From positions 742,619 to 806,618 of the forward strand of contig WELB01000012.1 in NCBI GenBank assembly GCA_009602725.1: a stretch of DNA of 64,000 bases, in the 5' to 3' direction. The translations under genes were made by a program, and so were the position numbers. This document shows positions 49,022 through 62,879 of the stretch, in pieces (the stretch's first letter is position 1; each line of letters opens with the position of its first letter). Below the pieces are notes generated by a model, which was not told the DNA's origin, searched no databases, and saw only the letters and a list, made by a program, of their open reading frames with translations. This DNA is from Spirogloea muscicola (taxonomy: Eukaryota).

Positions 49022-50862
49022 GGCTCCCTCAAGGTGGCCTAGTATGGGCGCTTAGCAATTGCACACGTCCTTTCCGTATTCGCCTCTAGCGATTGATAGT
49101 GGTTGTCGAGAGTGGAGTGACATATGTGGACATACGTTGGAGTAGATGGGTAGGGGTTGGCAGCATATGTCATGTAGCATAAGATGTAAGCTTGGAGATA
49201 CATGGTCGTTCTGCAATGTAGAGTGCAATACCATTACTTTGAGGATGCTCCAGTGTCTTGCTGAAAGTGATTATCTGGCTGCACTTCTGATTCTGCTGCA
49301 CGTCGTAATCTTGGACAGCACCAGCTACAGATTTCTAGCAGTCCTTTAACAAATGATCATTACTAAAGTGCATGTCATTGCCAATTGCCCAGTAAGCTGT
49401 ACACTGCATGTTCGAAAATTGTCAGGAGTATTAGGCCCGTATGGCTGGTGAGAGCTACAATGACTGGTCATTTATGCCAACTGGCTGCTCGTGTACAGCT
49501 TCTGAGCATGTCAAGGTTACAGGAGCCGCAAACTTCCACTTGCTGCTATCTCACCTGTGACTTAGCTTAAGTTGCCAGCTTAATGAGCTCGTTAGCTCAA
49601 CTGCCACTCTTCTTCTTCCTATTATAGCATGTTGTCCACGGAGTACGCAATAAAAATGGTGTAGCACGGTATAGCACGTTAGATACATTAGCACAATTGC
49701 GCATGAAATGAATGGGGGGCTAGATCAAGCCAGTACATTGTTCAGGCAAAAGCATGGAGAAGAGTGTCTAGTCTGCAAAGGCCGTACTCCAAACGGCGTG
49801 CGACGCACAAGCGCCCGAGACCCGCGTCGACCTTGTCGCCTGTCCGATAGATGCGTTGCCTGGATAGAATCAAGCTCTATCAGCTTCTTCTTTCGGACTG
49901 GCTTTTTACAGCCCTCGGCCCCTTTGGAGAGCCCCGTTCTGCGCTCGGTGGCTCGAGCTACTGCACCGGCTTTCGAGCAGAGCTGAGCAGTGTCCCGCCA
50001 TCACCACGGGGAGCAGGCTGACTTCATCGCGGCTGGCTCTCACGCTCAGGTGTATCGCATGCGCCTGTCAGTCCCGCTGGAGCGGTCATTAGAGAGAGAA
50101 TAGTCAATAGCACGTGCGTTTCATCTGCTTGCCGGTCGCGCTTTGGCTGCAGCCTCCGGCTCTGGCCAGGAAATTGCTCGCCCATAGAAAAAGAGGGGCT
50201 AGCATAGCCAGCCCAGAAAAGAAAGGACAATATCCGAAGGTCCACGGCTGAGCAGCCGTAAGTCAGAGAAACTGGTCCCTGGGTAGCGGATTCCACTGAC
50301 TTTTCGGCATCGTTTTGTGGCCCGTGTGGACCTTCGGATATTGTCCATTCTTTTCTGGGCTGGCTTTGCTAGCCCCTCTTTTCCTATGGCCTATGGCCAT
50401 TTGCGTCGCTGTGTACTTTCAGCGCATTTCTGGCCCCTTTGAAACGTTTTAAATTCTTTTCTCTGGGCTGGCCACTCACAGTCGCCCTCTACTGGATAAG
50501 AATTTTCCAGTAGAGCCCTCGCTGCTTCCTCTGGCTCTGGCCAGGGGACCCGCTTCCAGGAACCCAGTCTCTCTAACCTGAGGCTGCTTAGCAGAGGTTA
50601 CTGAGTGCTTCGTAGCTGCTTCGTTTCTTTTTTTGTGCTTCTTGTTCTTCGTACTTTTCTCATTCTTCCAGTGGAGCCAGCACGCTCGCCTCCAGCCGCT
50701 TGGAGGAGGATTAGCGCGGGGGGGTCTTTGAGGCCAAATCCTCGATACTCGTCGTGAAAGCCCCCGCCCTGGCCTGCGAGTATCCGACAAGTCTGATTCA
50801 CGTCTTACGGATGCCGAGATCATGGAGCCTGCCAACACCCCACTTTCGCCGCCCGCCCCAGC

Positions 50863-51195
50863 AACGGTCGTCCCATGACAGTTAGCAGCCATTAGTGGGG
50901 CGGTCATCGCTGCCACGGCGATCAATTAGCCAAACGGCGTCCTGCATGATGGTCCAATGCCACCGACGATCGTCGATCGGCCGTCGAGACTGTCCCAAGC
51001 CGGGGGGGGGGGCATGCCGGCCGGCAGTCACGAGCAATTTCTATAACCGGCTTCTAACGGGCTCCATAATTGGCCCCTCCTGGCTGCAGGCCACCTGGAG
51101 CAGGCCAGTCGCCCCGCGCCCCCCCCGCCATGGATCCGGCGAGGACGCCCTCCCGCTCCACCGCCCGGCCGCCCGCTCGCCTGGTCCGCTAACGG
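50863..51195 (+). promoter_or_regulatory. MSA-like AACGG elements around the CDC20 start
   Basis: AACGG at 50863, 50933, 51056 (TCTAACGG) and 51191; TATA-like CTATAA at ~51042. Confidence 0.55.
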
Positions 51196-54073
51196 CGCCG
51201 CCGCGACGTCGCTGCATGCCGCCTCCGAATGCCGGCGGCTCGCCGGCGCGACGCGCCTGCGCCGCTTGCTCATGTCCTCAATCCATTCCATTCCATTGAT
51301 AGAGCTGCTTCATTGAATCCGGAGCTACTGGCCTGGCTGCCGTGCAGTGCGGGGACCGCTTCATCCCCGCGCGGGACGCCGGCGACGCGAGCGCCGCGCA
51401 GTACAACTTCCTGCGCACCGCTCTGGACACCTCGCTGGCGGAGTGCTGCACCACTCCGATCAGGGTAGGCTTATCGTTGTACAGCGCTGCCCCTATCTCC
51501 GGCACAGCTGGCCACAGCTTCGAGCGCTTCGCTAACTGCCTGTCTTGCTGTGCAGGAAGAGTATCGGAAGAAGCTAGCGGAGAACGTCTTCGGCTTCGCA
51601 GACAGCTGCGTGAGCCCTCCTGGAGGGGCTCCTTCCAAGGTTCTGGCCTTTCGCAGCAAGCCCCCGGTATTTCTGGATGGGCCGTCGTCGGCAAGGCTGC
51701 TCCACCCTGCAGACGTCCAACCACTCCCGCTACCGGCTCCTCGGACAACCCCCGTAAGAGGCTTGAAGGAGGTGGGTATTCCAGCCAGCAGCTTCCTTTT
51801 CAATCTGACGTTCTTGAGTAGGACATAGCCCAGTCCTGTTGCTGCTGACAGGAGACTTCAGCTTAGTCAGTTATCTGGTTTCTCGTTGGCAGAGGCCAGA
51901 CTTGATCCTGGACCTCCCGCTCATCAAGGACGACTTTTACATCAACGTGCTCGACTGGTCTAGCACCAACGTGGTGGCAGTCGCCATGGAGGGCGTTGTT
52001 CACCTCTGGAACTGCAACAACGGAGAAGTGCACGAGATAGCGGCATGCCTAGCTGATGACTACGTCTCCAGGTGACGCTTTGTCCAAGCTTCAAAGCCCA
52101 GAGCATTGGCATGGCAATGCGTGCAGAAGTCAAGCAAGATCTGGTTCTCTTGCAGTCTGGCATGGGCACGAGACGGGAAAACCATAGCCATTGGGCTTGG
52201 AAGCACTGAGATACAGCTGTGGAACACCTCTCCCATGCGCCAGGTCAGTAGAACGCACTTACGCAAGAGAAGGTTTACACATTCTCGGTGTTAGCTGTTA
52301 CATTGTAACCATTTCCTCTTCAACTCCTCCGATGTTGCAAGTGTATGTAGGGCTGCGAAGGGTACGGCTTGAGCAGGCTGCCAGCCCTCTGCTAACGTCA
52401 CAATCTGTCATGGTAGCTACTGTACAGTTGCTGCTTGTCAACACGTCAGCATGCTGGTCTCAGCAGTGGGCAAGGCCAACAATTGGCAGCGCGTTGTTCC
52501 TTGGCACGGCAGGTCCGACGGCTGGCTGGACACAGAGCACGAGTTGGGTCGCTTGCATGGAATGAGCACATGCTCTCCTCGGGCGGCTGCGACGCCCTCA
52601 TTTTCAACCATGATGGTAGAACACACTAGCCGATATATGAATCAACACTGCTCAATCAGAAACACCTTGCAGCTCTCTTGCCAAGCTCTGGAAGTGACTT
52701 ATGCCTCTGCACATGTTGCATGACCATATCGGTCATAGGTCAATCAGTGACACAGAACTGCATGCTGAAGCATGTTGCATGGGTCTTTTCGATCTCTGAA
52801 ATCCATGCAAGATCCACTATTAGCATCTAGCCATGCTTTTTAAGACCAGTTTGTTGGTTCGGCACATGGCAGTGAGATCACGTGAGCACAGGACTTCCGA
52901 ATTCACGGGTCACCATCAGGAGATCTGCGGCCTACGTTGGTCTGCTTCAGGCCGCCATTTGGCAAGCGGTGGCAACGACAATCTGGTCCATATCTGGGAC
53001 GTAGCAGCAGCTACAGACAGAGGCACAACTGGCTATCTGCACCGCTTTGCAGACCATCATGCTGCTGTCAAGGCTCTTGCATGGTGCCCTTTCCAAGTGA
53101 GGCCCTGCATATGTGGCTTGTGCATGTTCTGCAAATTACAAATGTGCTTGTCTCTTGGTCAAGTGGATCATGGTGCTCACTTGTCCGCTGCAGCTCGTCC
53201 TTTGCAGCCCTCCAATGTGGTGCTTTGCATGTGGCAGAGCAACCTGGTCGCTACAGGTGGAGGTACAGCAGATCGTTGTATCAAGTTCTGGAACACGCAC
53301 TCCGGCACATGTCTTGATTCGATTGATACGGATGCTCAGGTATCAGCCGATTCTGCTGCAGATGCTGCTGCAGATGTCCATGTTAGGAAGAGGTCCAGTC
53401 TTTCTGCACATCGGCTCACACTGAAGTCAGACTTCAGTGGTATCATATCATCTCCAACATGTTTACCTTGTGCAAATGGTGGCAGGTCTGTGGCTTGCTC
53501 TGGGACAAGCATAGAAAGGAAATATTGAGCGCACATGGGTTCAGCAAGAACCAGCTGTGCTTGTGGAAGTATCCTTCCATGGTCAGAATTGCGGAGCTCA
53601 CAGGCCATACCAACAGGGTTCTGCACATGACTCAAGTATACTACCTGCTCCTGTGTGTCCTGCATGCATCTGCTAAAGCAGCTCACTGCATCTACCCAGA
53701 ACGAGGTCCTTGTCTGGAGGATTGCACTATTTACATGGGTGCAACACACGTCCAAGTAGCTGCTGTTGTATGAAGTAGCAGGGTCACCGTAGTTGGCAGT
53801 AGTTGTTCACCGCACCTCGAATCGTTCCTTGGACTCAGTCTGGTATTTGACAGACAGGAACTTAATTGCCATAGCCAGAAGAGAAGGTGAATGCAGGTTC
53901 TTGACTGTTCATAAGTGATGCAGGACCCAAGTAGTGGCCGGGTTGCAACGGCTGCTGCAGACGAGACCTTGCGTGTTTGGAACGTATTTGCAACACCAGA
54001 GAAGAGCACAACTAAACCAGAGAGAGACCGACAGTTGACCCCAGGAGGAGTCCATGTCCGAAGCATCCGATGA
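51130..54073 (+). CDS. CDC20: Cell division cycle 20 (fizzy) APC/C activator, WD40, multi-exon
   Basis: C-box DRFIPAR, KVLAF (KILR-like), [88 protein letters not shown]-terminal IR tail (stop at 54071-54073). First exon inferred. Confidence 0.95.
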
Positions 54074-54984
54074 TGGGCCAGGGGGACACTTAACTCGCAC
54101 TTCCTTTCCAGCTTGTGCTTGGCATGCGTGCTTGTAACGTTCTCTGCTGCATCTGTCTCCATCTTAGAGAGTTAGGTATACAGGTCCAAGCGTTATGCCA
54201 ATGTAAGTGGCTGTGCTTGGCATGTGTGATTCTATGCTGCAGGCTGACTATAAGAAATTGCACAAGTGCTTCGCGTGCCGACGTGCTTGCAGTGGACTAA
54301 TTGTGTGTCAGATGGGGCGGGAAACATTTGCTTACACCAACACTAGCAAGGGTAGGTAGCAGCCTTCCTTCCTATTGTATTGTACTGTATTGTGTTGTAT
54401 CCTCTTGTACAGGTCTGCCTGGGAAAGCTCTACCCACTTAAAGGACACCAACACAGTAAAAGAAGTGGATTGCTTTCCTCAATACATAGTACTCTACATA
54501 TACTAAGCTCAACATAGTACCTGACTTGCAATCGTTGCATTGATGTACCTACATACAATTATGAGCATTGCTGCTTTTTACTTGAAGCGGGATGGTGTCA
54601 AAGCCTACACAAGTCTACGCTTGCTGCCATCAAATGGGTATTTTCTAGATTTCTGCCCTTTACCGTCTGTCTGTATGAAAGCCACTGCTCGCTATACATG
54701 CCTTCATATGGCTCATATTAGCAAGTTGCAGTGTATCATGGTCATATTTCTTATTTTTTCTGGGACAAGCTCAGAAAGAGACTGCAGGTAGGCACGGCAC
54801 TTTCTTGCATAAGCTCTCATGTTTGGCAAGAGCTATCATCAGCCGACACATTACTCACCCTTTCTCTGACACTTCAAAATTGCAGCTGCCAAATCCTCAA
54901 AGCCTGCTGAGCTCTGCACTGTGCCCCTGCTGACGTTGCTGCTGCATTATACATACAAAGTACGTTCTCTACGTCTTTATCCAC

Positions 54985-57900
54985 CTAGGCTACACCATTG
55001 GCTACCAGGGGCGTGCTAGCAGCAGCTTCCCGGTAAGAGTCGTCATGGACTCCAATGGCTGCTCTTCCAGAGGGGTCTAAGTTTTTCGACCAAGCTGCAT
55101 CCCACGACACAGCTGCAGCAGTGCTGCAAGCGATACTTGGGCCTCCTGGTACTGTCAACCTTGCTGACTCCTGCCAGGAAGACAAGCTTCGGGTGAGCTA
55201 ATCAGGATGAGGCTGTGCCCTTGTGAGTGCAGGGCTGCCCACACCACCACGAGCAAGCATATCCATAACATGTTGTGCACTATAGATTGCACGGACACTG
55301 CACACCTAGCTGCGCATCACTACCTATCATCTGCTTCAAGCTCCTCTGCAAACATCAGGAGCAAAGCTTGCCAAAAGGCCCCGTCCACAACACATGGACT
55401 GCTTGCTGGAAGCACTGTAGTCACAATATGTAGGCACTAGGAAGCCCACGTGGTCCGTGGGTCTGAGAGTGGTGATGACGCTTTGTGACATGTCAATATG
55501 TCAACAGGCCAATGAACATATACCTGAGGAAAGTGCTTTTGCTCAAAGATCATGCGGTAATAGTAACCCTCTTTTGTTGTTGGAGTGTTGTGGGGGAACA
55601 TGTGCTTGGCACTTGCCATCATCTGATCAGAGACCTGGAGATGCAAGAGCACAGATAATTTTCCAGGATATAAATGATTTCATTGGACTTCCTCAACTGC
55701 TGCAGCATTCTTGTCAGTGGTTGTCAGTGGTAGCAATAATTCCAACCCTTAAACATAAAGGTCCTGCGCTCAAAGGCAGCAAATTGTACTGATTGCTGCA
55801 ATGACTTCTTCGCAATCTGTTGGACTTAGTATGTTATGGTTGCACCTACCTTGAAGGCAGCATGCTCCTTGAGACTGTCTATCCAGCTGTACCCAACCCC
55901 ATCGCTGAACTGCTCCTTCTGGCGATACAAAATGTGCTGTGAAGGGTAGGAGGTGAAAATGTCAGTAAAGTAACAGAGCACAACAGATGTACAGAAGGCA
56001 GAGGACCTACAAAGCATCACTGATGCTGCATCGTTGTATTACAGAGTTGCAAGAGAATGTCCAGAAGAGCCAGCAGGCAGAATCTGTGATATAATTACAG
56101 GCTAGATAGTCTAGAGAGATAGTCTCACAGGGATAGAGATAGTCTCATGTCTAAAACAGACCTTAGGCAAATAGGGGTTTGCTTCATCGTCAAATGCCCT
56201 CCGCATGATGTACTTCTCTATCCTTCCTTCTCCTGACCTCACCTGAAAACCAACACTTAAGAACTTGATGACAATCTCAACCAAAGCAGCTCGAATCGTG
56301 TAGCATGCTCCTTCTCAAAATGCTCAACTTCAAAGTGAACCATTTAGCAGGCCAGGTGGTCTTACCATCTTCTCAGCAGGGTCTATAGACATGGCAAGGT
56401 TGAGAAACTCCTTGTCAAGAAAGGGGACCCGTGCCTCAACCCCCCACGCAGATGTTGATTTGTTTGCACGCAGGCAATCGTACATGTGAAGAGCCTTAAT
56501 CTGTGGCAATACAACCCATCAAGGGTAAGAAGCTGGACCACACACATACTCCATGCACAAATGTCCTGATGGAGGGGTGATGTTCGCAGACGTAGTGACA
56601 TGTGACATGTAAGCACAAACTCCCTACAAAAGCATGACATGAAGTGCATGCAACCCAAATTTACGAATGCACATCCTGGCAGATTCATTGACAGGGCAAT
56701 AAGGACCTTAGTCTGCTTCTTGCCATCAGTTGCACATTATCTAATGACCATGCGTCAGAACCTTGCGACAGGTCTCTTGATGGAACTCCTCCTTGTTGGG
56801 GGCCTTGTGGAAGTACAGATAGCCTCCGAAAATCTCATCAGAACCCTCCCCTGACAGCACCATCTTCACACCAAGGGCTTTGATCTTCCTCGAAAGGAGG
56901 AACATGGGGGTCGAAGCCCGTATGGTTGTCACGTCGTAGGTTTCCACATGGTAGATCACATCCTCAATGGCATCAATGCCATCCTGGGCAGTGCAAGACA
57001 GCGTCTCATGTCTTGCAGTCATGTTACGTGTTAGCTTGTGCTCACAGGTCACATTCAACAGACTCGCAAGGCAGCCTTCCTCATGCCCAGATTGGAGAAG
57101 GCTGGTATGGCGCATGGAACCTGCACAACTGGCCTCATATTACCTGCACTGTGAAGTGAAACTCATGGTGGCGTGTGCCGAGATACTCAGCCACCTCTTT
57201 TGCTGCCTTCAGATCAGGAGATCCCTGCAGCACCCATGTCAATCTTCGCCTGAGAACCACCTTCTTCAAAGCCACATAATTCAAGAAAAATTCTCGAGAC
57301 CTGCATGCCTAACGCCTAACCCTGTATCTTGTCCTACTGCCACTTTTAGACACATATCCACGTGTTGCTGGCCGAGACATCACAGTCAGCAACTGTGCCA
57401 CTGCCAGTTTGAGAAAAGCAAGTGCAAGATGAGGCACTAGAATTACAGCAGAAAGATAAGCATTGCATTGAGAAGTTACACAAAGAAGCTTTCGTAAAAT
57501 GTAAACTGCGGCTGACCTTGAGACCGACGCAAAATGAGTGAAGGTGGGAGCCCCACTGCTGGCCTGCTTTTGTGTCGGCGAGGTGGCGACTGGCGACTGC
57601 CGCTACAAGCGACGAGTCGAGGCCACCCGAAAGGAGCACGCCAAATGGCACATCCGTCATGAGACGTTTCACAACTGCCTGCACACCAATATTGCCTGAG
57701 ACACAACTACAACAAACCTGCAGCATCATACATCATTCTGCTTTTGAAGCAGCAGCCCGAGGGCTGCATTCTGTCAGTATATTTTGCAGGAAGTCCCACT
57801 GAAGTCAATGGTACAGCTAGTTCGTGAAACCTTCTCAAAGGCGGCACGGAGAGCCAGGGCGTCGTAGGGCGCCGATGGAATGTGCTCATCCCACCACGGG

Positions 57901-59937
57901 GGGTTATACCACCTCCGCAAGCCACCTGGACGGAGGGCCCCAGACAATCATTCTCTTCTTACTGACCATCTTACTTGTACTGGCCAGTAACAAGACAGGA
58001 AGAACTTCAGCCAAATTAATTCAACAAGTGAGAGGCTCTCTTTGAGAGATTAGACTCCAGTCCTGAGCTCCAAATTAGTGACTATTCATCTAGATGATAT
58101 GAGGCTGTGCAAGGGCACGGCATTCTTTTGCAAGTCACCGAAGCTTACGCAGCATTGCTCTGTGCAAGCAAGCAGCTACTTCTGAGTAAGGAGCCTCGAA
58201 GCTGGCCCACCTGCTTTGCTGGAGAAAATATGGCCTGGTGGAAACACCTGGAAGCGCTCGCAGTCGTCGACCAGCGCCTTCATCTCCGAAGCAAACCACA
58301 CCGAGCCTGCCAAAGGGGAGAGCCCGATGAGGGAGGCCATGGAAGACGGGAGCCCACATCGAAGAGCCAACCTCGACAGCAGTTCCATATGCTGGAAGAC
58401 AACCAAGGGCCTCGATGCAATCGATGCATCAGCATTACCATCACGACCCCAGCCGAGATAGAGGGGCGTGATGCCAATGGGGTCTCGTGCGGCGATGAAC
58501 GAGTTGTCGCGTGTGTCCAGCAGCACAAAGGAGAACATGCCATCTAGCATTGGCACCATGTCCTCCCCCACCTCCTCGTACTGCGAGGCGTCAGCCGCGA
58601 GCATCAGGAGCGCGGCGTCAGCAGCCAGAAGAACGTTACAGAGAAGCTTCAGGGCCACAGAGAAGGAGCGGCGGCGGTGCAGAGGTGTGGGCGGCAGCCA
58701 TGGCCGTGGCTTACTAGGTGGGCGATGACCTCACAATCGCTCTGCGTGTGGTATGAGTGCGTGCGTGCCAGCTGGGACTTGAGGTCCTCGTGGTTGTAGA
58801 TTTCGCCATTCACCTGAAGCAGGGCGCAGCAACAACGTAATGGCGAGCTGCCCCGCATGCCGTCGCCAGGTGGCGGGTTTCAGCGAGCAGCTTGCCAGCA
58901 CCACAGCACGCTCTCACCGCAACGACGATATCCTTGCTCTCGTTGTAGAGCGGCTGGTCGCCGGACGCAGGGTCGATGATGGCCAGCCGCTCGTGCGCGA
59001 GGTAGTTGTTGCCAGCCACGAAGAGGCCGCTCCAGTCTGGCCCCCGGTGCCGCAGCCTACACAGAACGCAGGGCCCCACTGACGCCAGCAGTCAAGCAAA
59101 GCCATCCCGCTCCGGCTGCTGCTGCTGGCCAGCCAGTGCTCGTGGCTGCAGCTTGTTTCCCTTATGAATACCACACTCTGTCTGGACATCCATTGCCGTC
59201 TAAGTGTGGTCACGGCTGGCGGAGCTCGCCCCGGCAGCGAAGCAGGCCAGTCAGGCCGACAGTTGTGGTCACCAGCAGATGGGCAGTGGCACAAAGTGGG
59301 CAAGCATCGCAGCTGGATGGAGCACAATTCACAGACATTCACTTCCAGCTAATTTGTGTGGACTGCATGAATGAAGACCCCTCCTTAAGCCCTGACCCTC
59401 ATGCCCTGCATGCAAATCATTCGCGCTCCCCCCCCCCTCCTAGTCCAACTACGAGACCACTGCTTGGGCCCTGCGCCGGGGAGCTTGCAGCCGGCGCCGT
59501 CGGCAACGTCGGCGGCACGGTTGGAGGGCGGCCTGCCCTCCCTCTGCGGCTGATCGCTCCCGCGTTCTCAGCCCGAGGGCTCCAAAGTGGTGTGACCGCA
59601 GGCCAGGCCGGGATTGCAAGGGCTGCCAGCTCCGTCAGGCAAGGAATGCTGCCCCGAGGACCTTCGCCGCTGCGAGCCGCCGCTGGAGCCTGGGCGAGGG
59701 CTGAGCTCCTCTCGCAGGCCGTCCGCGAGCTCAACGAAAGCCCGCAGGGCCCGTAGAAAACGGCGGTGGCGGCCGCGGCGGAAGGGAAAGCCGAATTCAG
59801 GGTTTATGACGGGCCAAGGGTTTATGGTGGTCCGAGGGGTCAGGGTTGCGTGCTCGCCTGCGCGAGAGCTGCAGGACGCGGGTGCGCGTGGCCGCGGAGG
59901 CGTCGTGCGCCCCCAGCACGGCCAGGATGCCGCACAT
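54985..59937 (-). CDS. ASN: Glutamine-dependent asparagine synthetase, multi-exon
   Basis: MCGILAVLG (Ntn Cys2), [114 protein letters not shown]. Confidence 0.97.
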
Positions 59938-59984
59938 CCCGCCGGCCCCCGGCTCCGCCGCGGGCGCCGCCGGANCGTGCTCGC

Positions 59985-60026
<42 letters not shown>

Positions 60027-60941
60027 AGGGTAGGCTTGCGCTCCACGGCGGGCCAGGAGAATGTTTCCAGGTAGGCCCGTTCCTCAACCCGCACCTTTGA
60101 CTACCAATATCCACGATCCTGCCGTAAATCCACCCTTAAAATGCTTAAACCTGGCGTCGAGTTTCACGTTTGCGATGGACATGGAATTCGATGTTGGTCC
60201 GGAGGAAAGAAGCCGAGGTGAGGGCTTTCACTGGGGCGGCACGGCGCGACAAGAGGGATTCCAGAGCGCGGGAACTGCTGCGGCCGGCCCCTCCTTCCGG
60301 TGCGCATGGCCGGCGAGCCGGGGCACCGGCCAGTCGCCCGATCGGCGCTGCAGCCGAGAGAGACGAGGCGCATGAAGCGACAGGGAGGCCACATCAAGCC
60401 AGTCCACTGCTCAGCCATCAGCTGGTGCATGACATGGAGCTACTCGAACGAAGACCCCGAGCAGCAGGTCGACGAGTGGAACAGGAAAGCCGCAATGGCT
60501 GGCCTTCTGCAGCCATGGCCTCCGTCCGAGAGAGCTCCCTTCTTGATGCTCGGCAGCCCCCGCTCCGCAGCAGCCGGCACGCCCACCCCGGCCTTCCTTG
60601 TTGACGCCCCCCCCCCCACGCTGCGTCCCGGCAGCCCCGCCTGCCGCGCTCGGCCAAGCTACTCACGCTGCCCGCATGCACCGCCTGCGGAAGCGCGGCG
60701 GTCGTCAGCAGAGCGTACCCATTTGTTCTGCCGCGTCGTCGACCCCGCTGCGTCGACTTGCATCGGCTGCGCCCTGCCCGAGTGAGTGGGTGAGTGCCGG
60801 CTGCTTCAGGGAGGACAGCCTGAGCAAAGGCGTCGGGCTGGCTGTGCTAGAGGTGGCCACCACTCACAGCAAGCTTTGCGGACGAGCGAAGCGCCCTGGG
60901 GTTCTCGCCATGACCAGCGAGACCGGACGGCAGGCACCTCC

Positions 60942-62879
60942 ATGAATATCCTTCAGAGCATCACAAGAGGCGTCCGAGGATGCGCGGGCCGGCGAACAGG
61001 GGCTTTGGTCTGCTGCATGTCCTCCTCCGAGGGGAAATCAAGCACAGAGGATAGCCGTGTGTGCCATGGAACGGTTGCTTTCAGTGGTGCCGCCAGCAGG
61101 TGCTGGTCATCCTTAGCAAAGCAAAGTGAGGCGCCGGGAGTTGATGCGGCCACACGGCAAGCTGTATCTACGATGCCACTCGACGAAGTCAAGGAGCAGA
61201 TTGAGGAGGAGGTGGCCAAGGGGAAGGAGTGGCCACCCCCACCATGGTCCCACCTTGCAGATACTCCCAGGTGGAAGGAGTTCCAGATATACAGGTGGAA
61301 CCCTGATGTCGGTGGTCGATCGGTATTCCAAAGTTACCAGATTGATCTTAGCAGATGTGGTCCAATGGTAAGTCATCGACCAGACACAGCAGCAGCAAGA
61401 CCACGTCGCCTAGGATGGCTGCCTCTGCAAAGCCGAGTATTTACCTGACTTGCAGGTGTAAAGAGCAAAAGCATGCTCCTGTTCTACCTTTCTGCCAGAT
61501 CCATCGGAGCACCAGTCTGATGACGTACTTGAGGTGGTCAATCTGTTAACCACCACATCGCTCTGTGGGATGCTGCATTGGCTTGCCGGGTTTGCCTTCA
61601 ATCGGGCAATGTCTCAAAGGCTCACATAGTCTTCCTCTGCACGCACTGCAATGACTGCCAGGTACTGGACGCTCTGAGGCTGATCAAGGAGGATCAAGAC
61701 TCCACGCTTGCTTATCGCCGATCATGCCGTGAAGGCATTTGTGGATCTTGCAGCATGAACATCGATGGTGTCAACTCACTTGCTTGCACCACCCCTGCTA
61801 GTCTCGACCCCAAGAAGCCAACTATCATTTCTCCTCTTCCACACATGTTTGTCATGAAGGATCTTGTTGTGGACCTGACTCATGTCTATCAGCAGTACAA
61901 GTAAGCAGTGCCGTCATGAGCAACTTCTATTGCGTCAGAGCGCACCCGTGCCTGAAGAAGCTGTAAAGATCTAGGATATACTCTTGGGCCCTTTATAGAC
62001 TTGCTTGCAAATCCAGAGCAAGCCCACCTTGGAGCCACTAAAGCCTGTATACTACACATTGGATGGTGTCCTACTAACCCCGGAACTTTACTTGGTGTTC
62101 AGTAAGCAGAACTTTGCAGCTCAAAAGCCGTAACAGCAGTGGCCTGTGCACGACATTGGCAGGTCCATTGAGCCGTGGTTGAAGACCAACCAAAAGCCAC
62201 CCAACGGGAGAGAGTACCGGCAGCTTCCCAAGGACAGGGCAAAGCTGGACGGGAAGTATGAATGCATTCTATGCTTCTGCTGCCAGACTTCGTGCCCTTC
62301 GTACTGGTGGAATGCAGAGAACTTTCTGGGGCCAGCCGTCCTTATACAAGCTCATCGGTGGATCGTTGATACGTGAGTCTGCATTATGCCATTTGCCATG
62401 ACATCAAAGGACTGTACTCATCCCTCAACGCACATCCTTAGAACAGTCAAACGAGATCCTTAGCCATAGGTGGTATACAGCTGTCGTATCTACGCAAAAT
62501 GGTAGACCCAATCGTGCAAATGTGCATTACTGGCAGCCATCATCAGGATGGACCCTGCAGCCTTCAGCATTTCTACAAGGTCCCGTCGTGGTCAATAAGA
62601 AGCAACGAGAAAGTACCAAGGAGGCATGCAAGGCCATCTAAGGCTGACTTCGCAACTTCAACTGGATGGCAATTGTTCTGATGCAGGCGAGACCAGTACG
62701 CAAAGCAAAGGCTGGAAGCGCTTTCTGAGGGCCGCAGACTAACAGCCTGCCATCAGATTTTCAACTGCGCTGCAAGCTGCCCCAAGCACCTAAACCCTGG
62801 CAAGTCGATCGCCGAGATGAAGAGGGACGAGCTCCTGAGTGCTGCTAAGAGCATCCTGCCCCTTCTTGGCAAGAAGTAA
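60942..62879 (+). CDS. SDH2: Mitochondrial succinate dehydrogenase iron-sulfur subunit, four exons
   Basis: Presequence, then [73 protein letters not shown]. Exons approximately 60942-61368, 61662-61900, 62163-62372 and 62687-62879. Confidence 0.95.

Larger units (their letters stand above)
37422..50500. repeat. Dispersed ~75-nt hairpin module family, about 18 copies in both orientations
   Basis: Consensus approximately TGGCCCCTTCGGACCTTGTC(C/A)ATTCTTTT(C)GGGCTGGC..TCACAGCCCTTGCCCC..GGAGAGCCACTTCT. Copies near 37430, 37695, 37760, 38530(-), 38820, 41565(-), 41930(-), 42118, 42200(-), 42860, 46975(-), 47620, 47800(-), 47900, 49890, 50170(-), 50325 and 50430. Confidence 0.8.

Noticed and set aside
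37422..50500. Repeat module as a CRISPR array or integron attC array
   Set aside because: Spacing is irregular, orientation is mixed, copies are diverged, there is no cas or integrase gene, and the context is eukaryotic.
60170..60785. ORFs between ASN and SDH2
   Set aside because: Overlapping open frames in GC-rich promoter or 5' UTR DNA with no recognisable domain; a uORF cannot be excluded.
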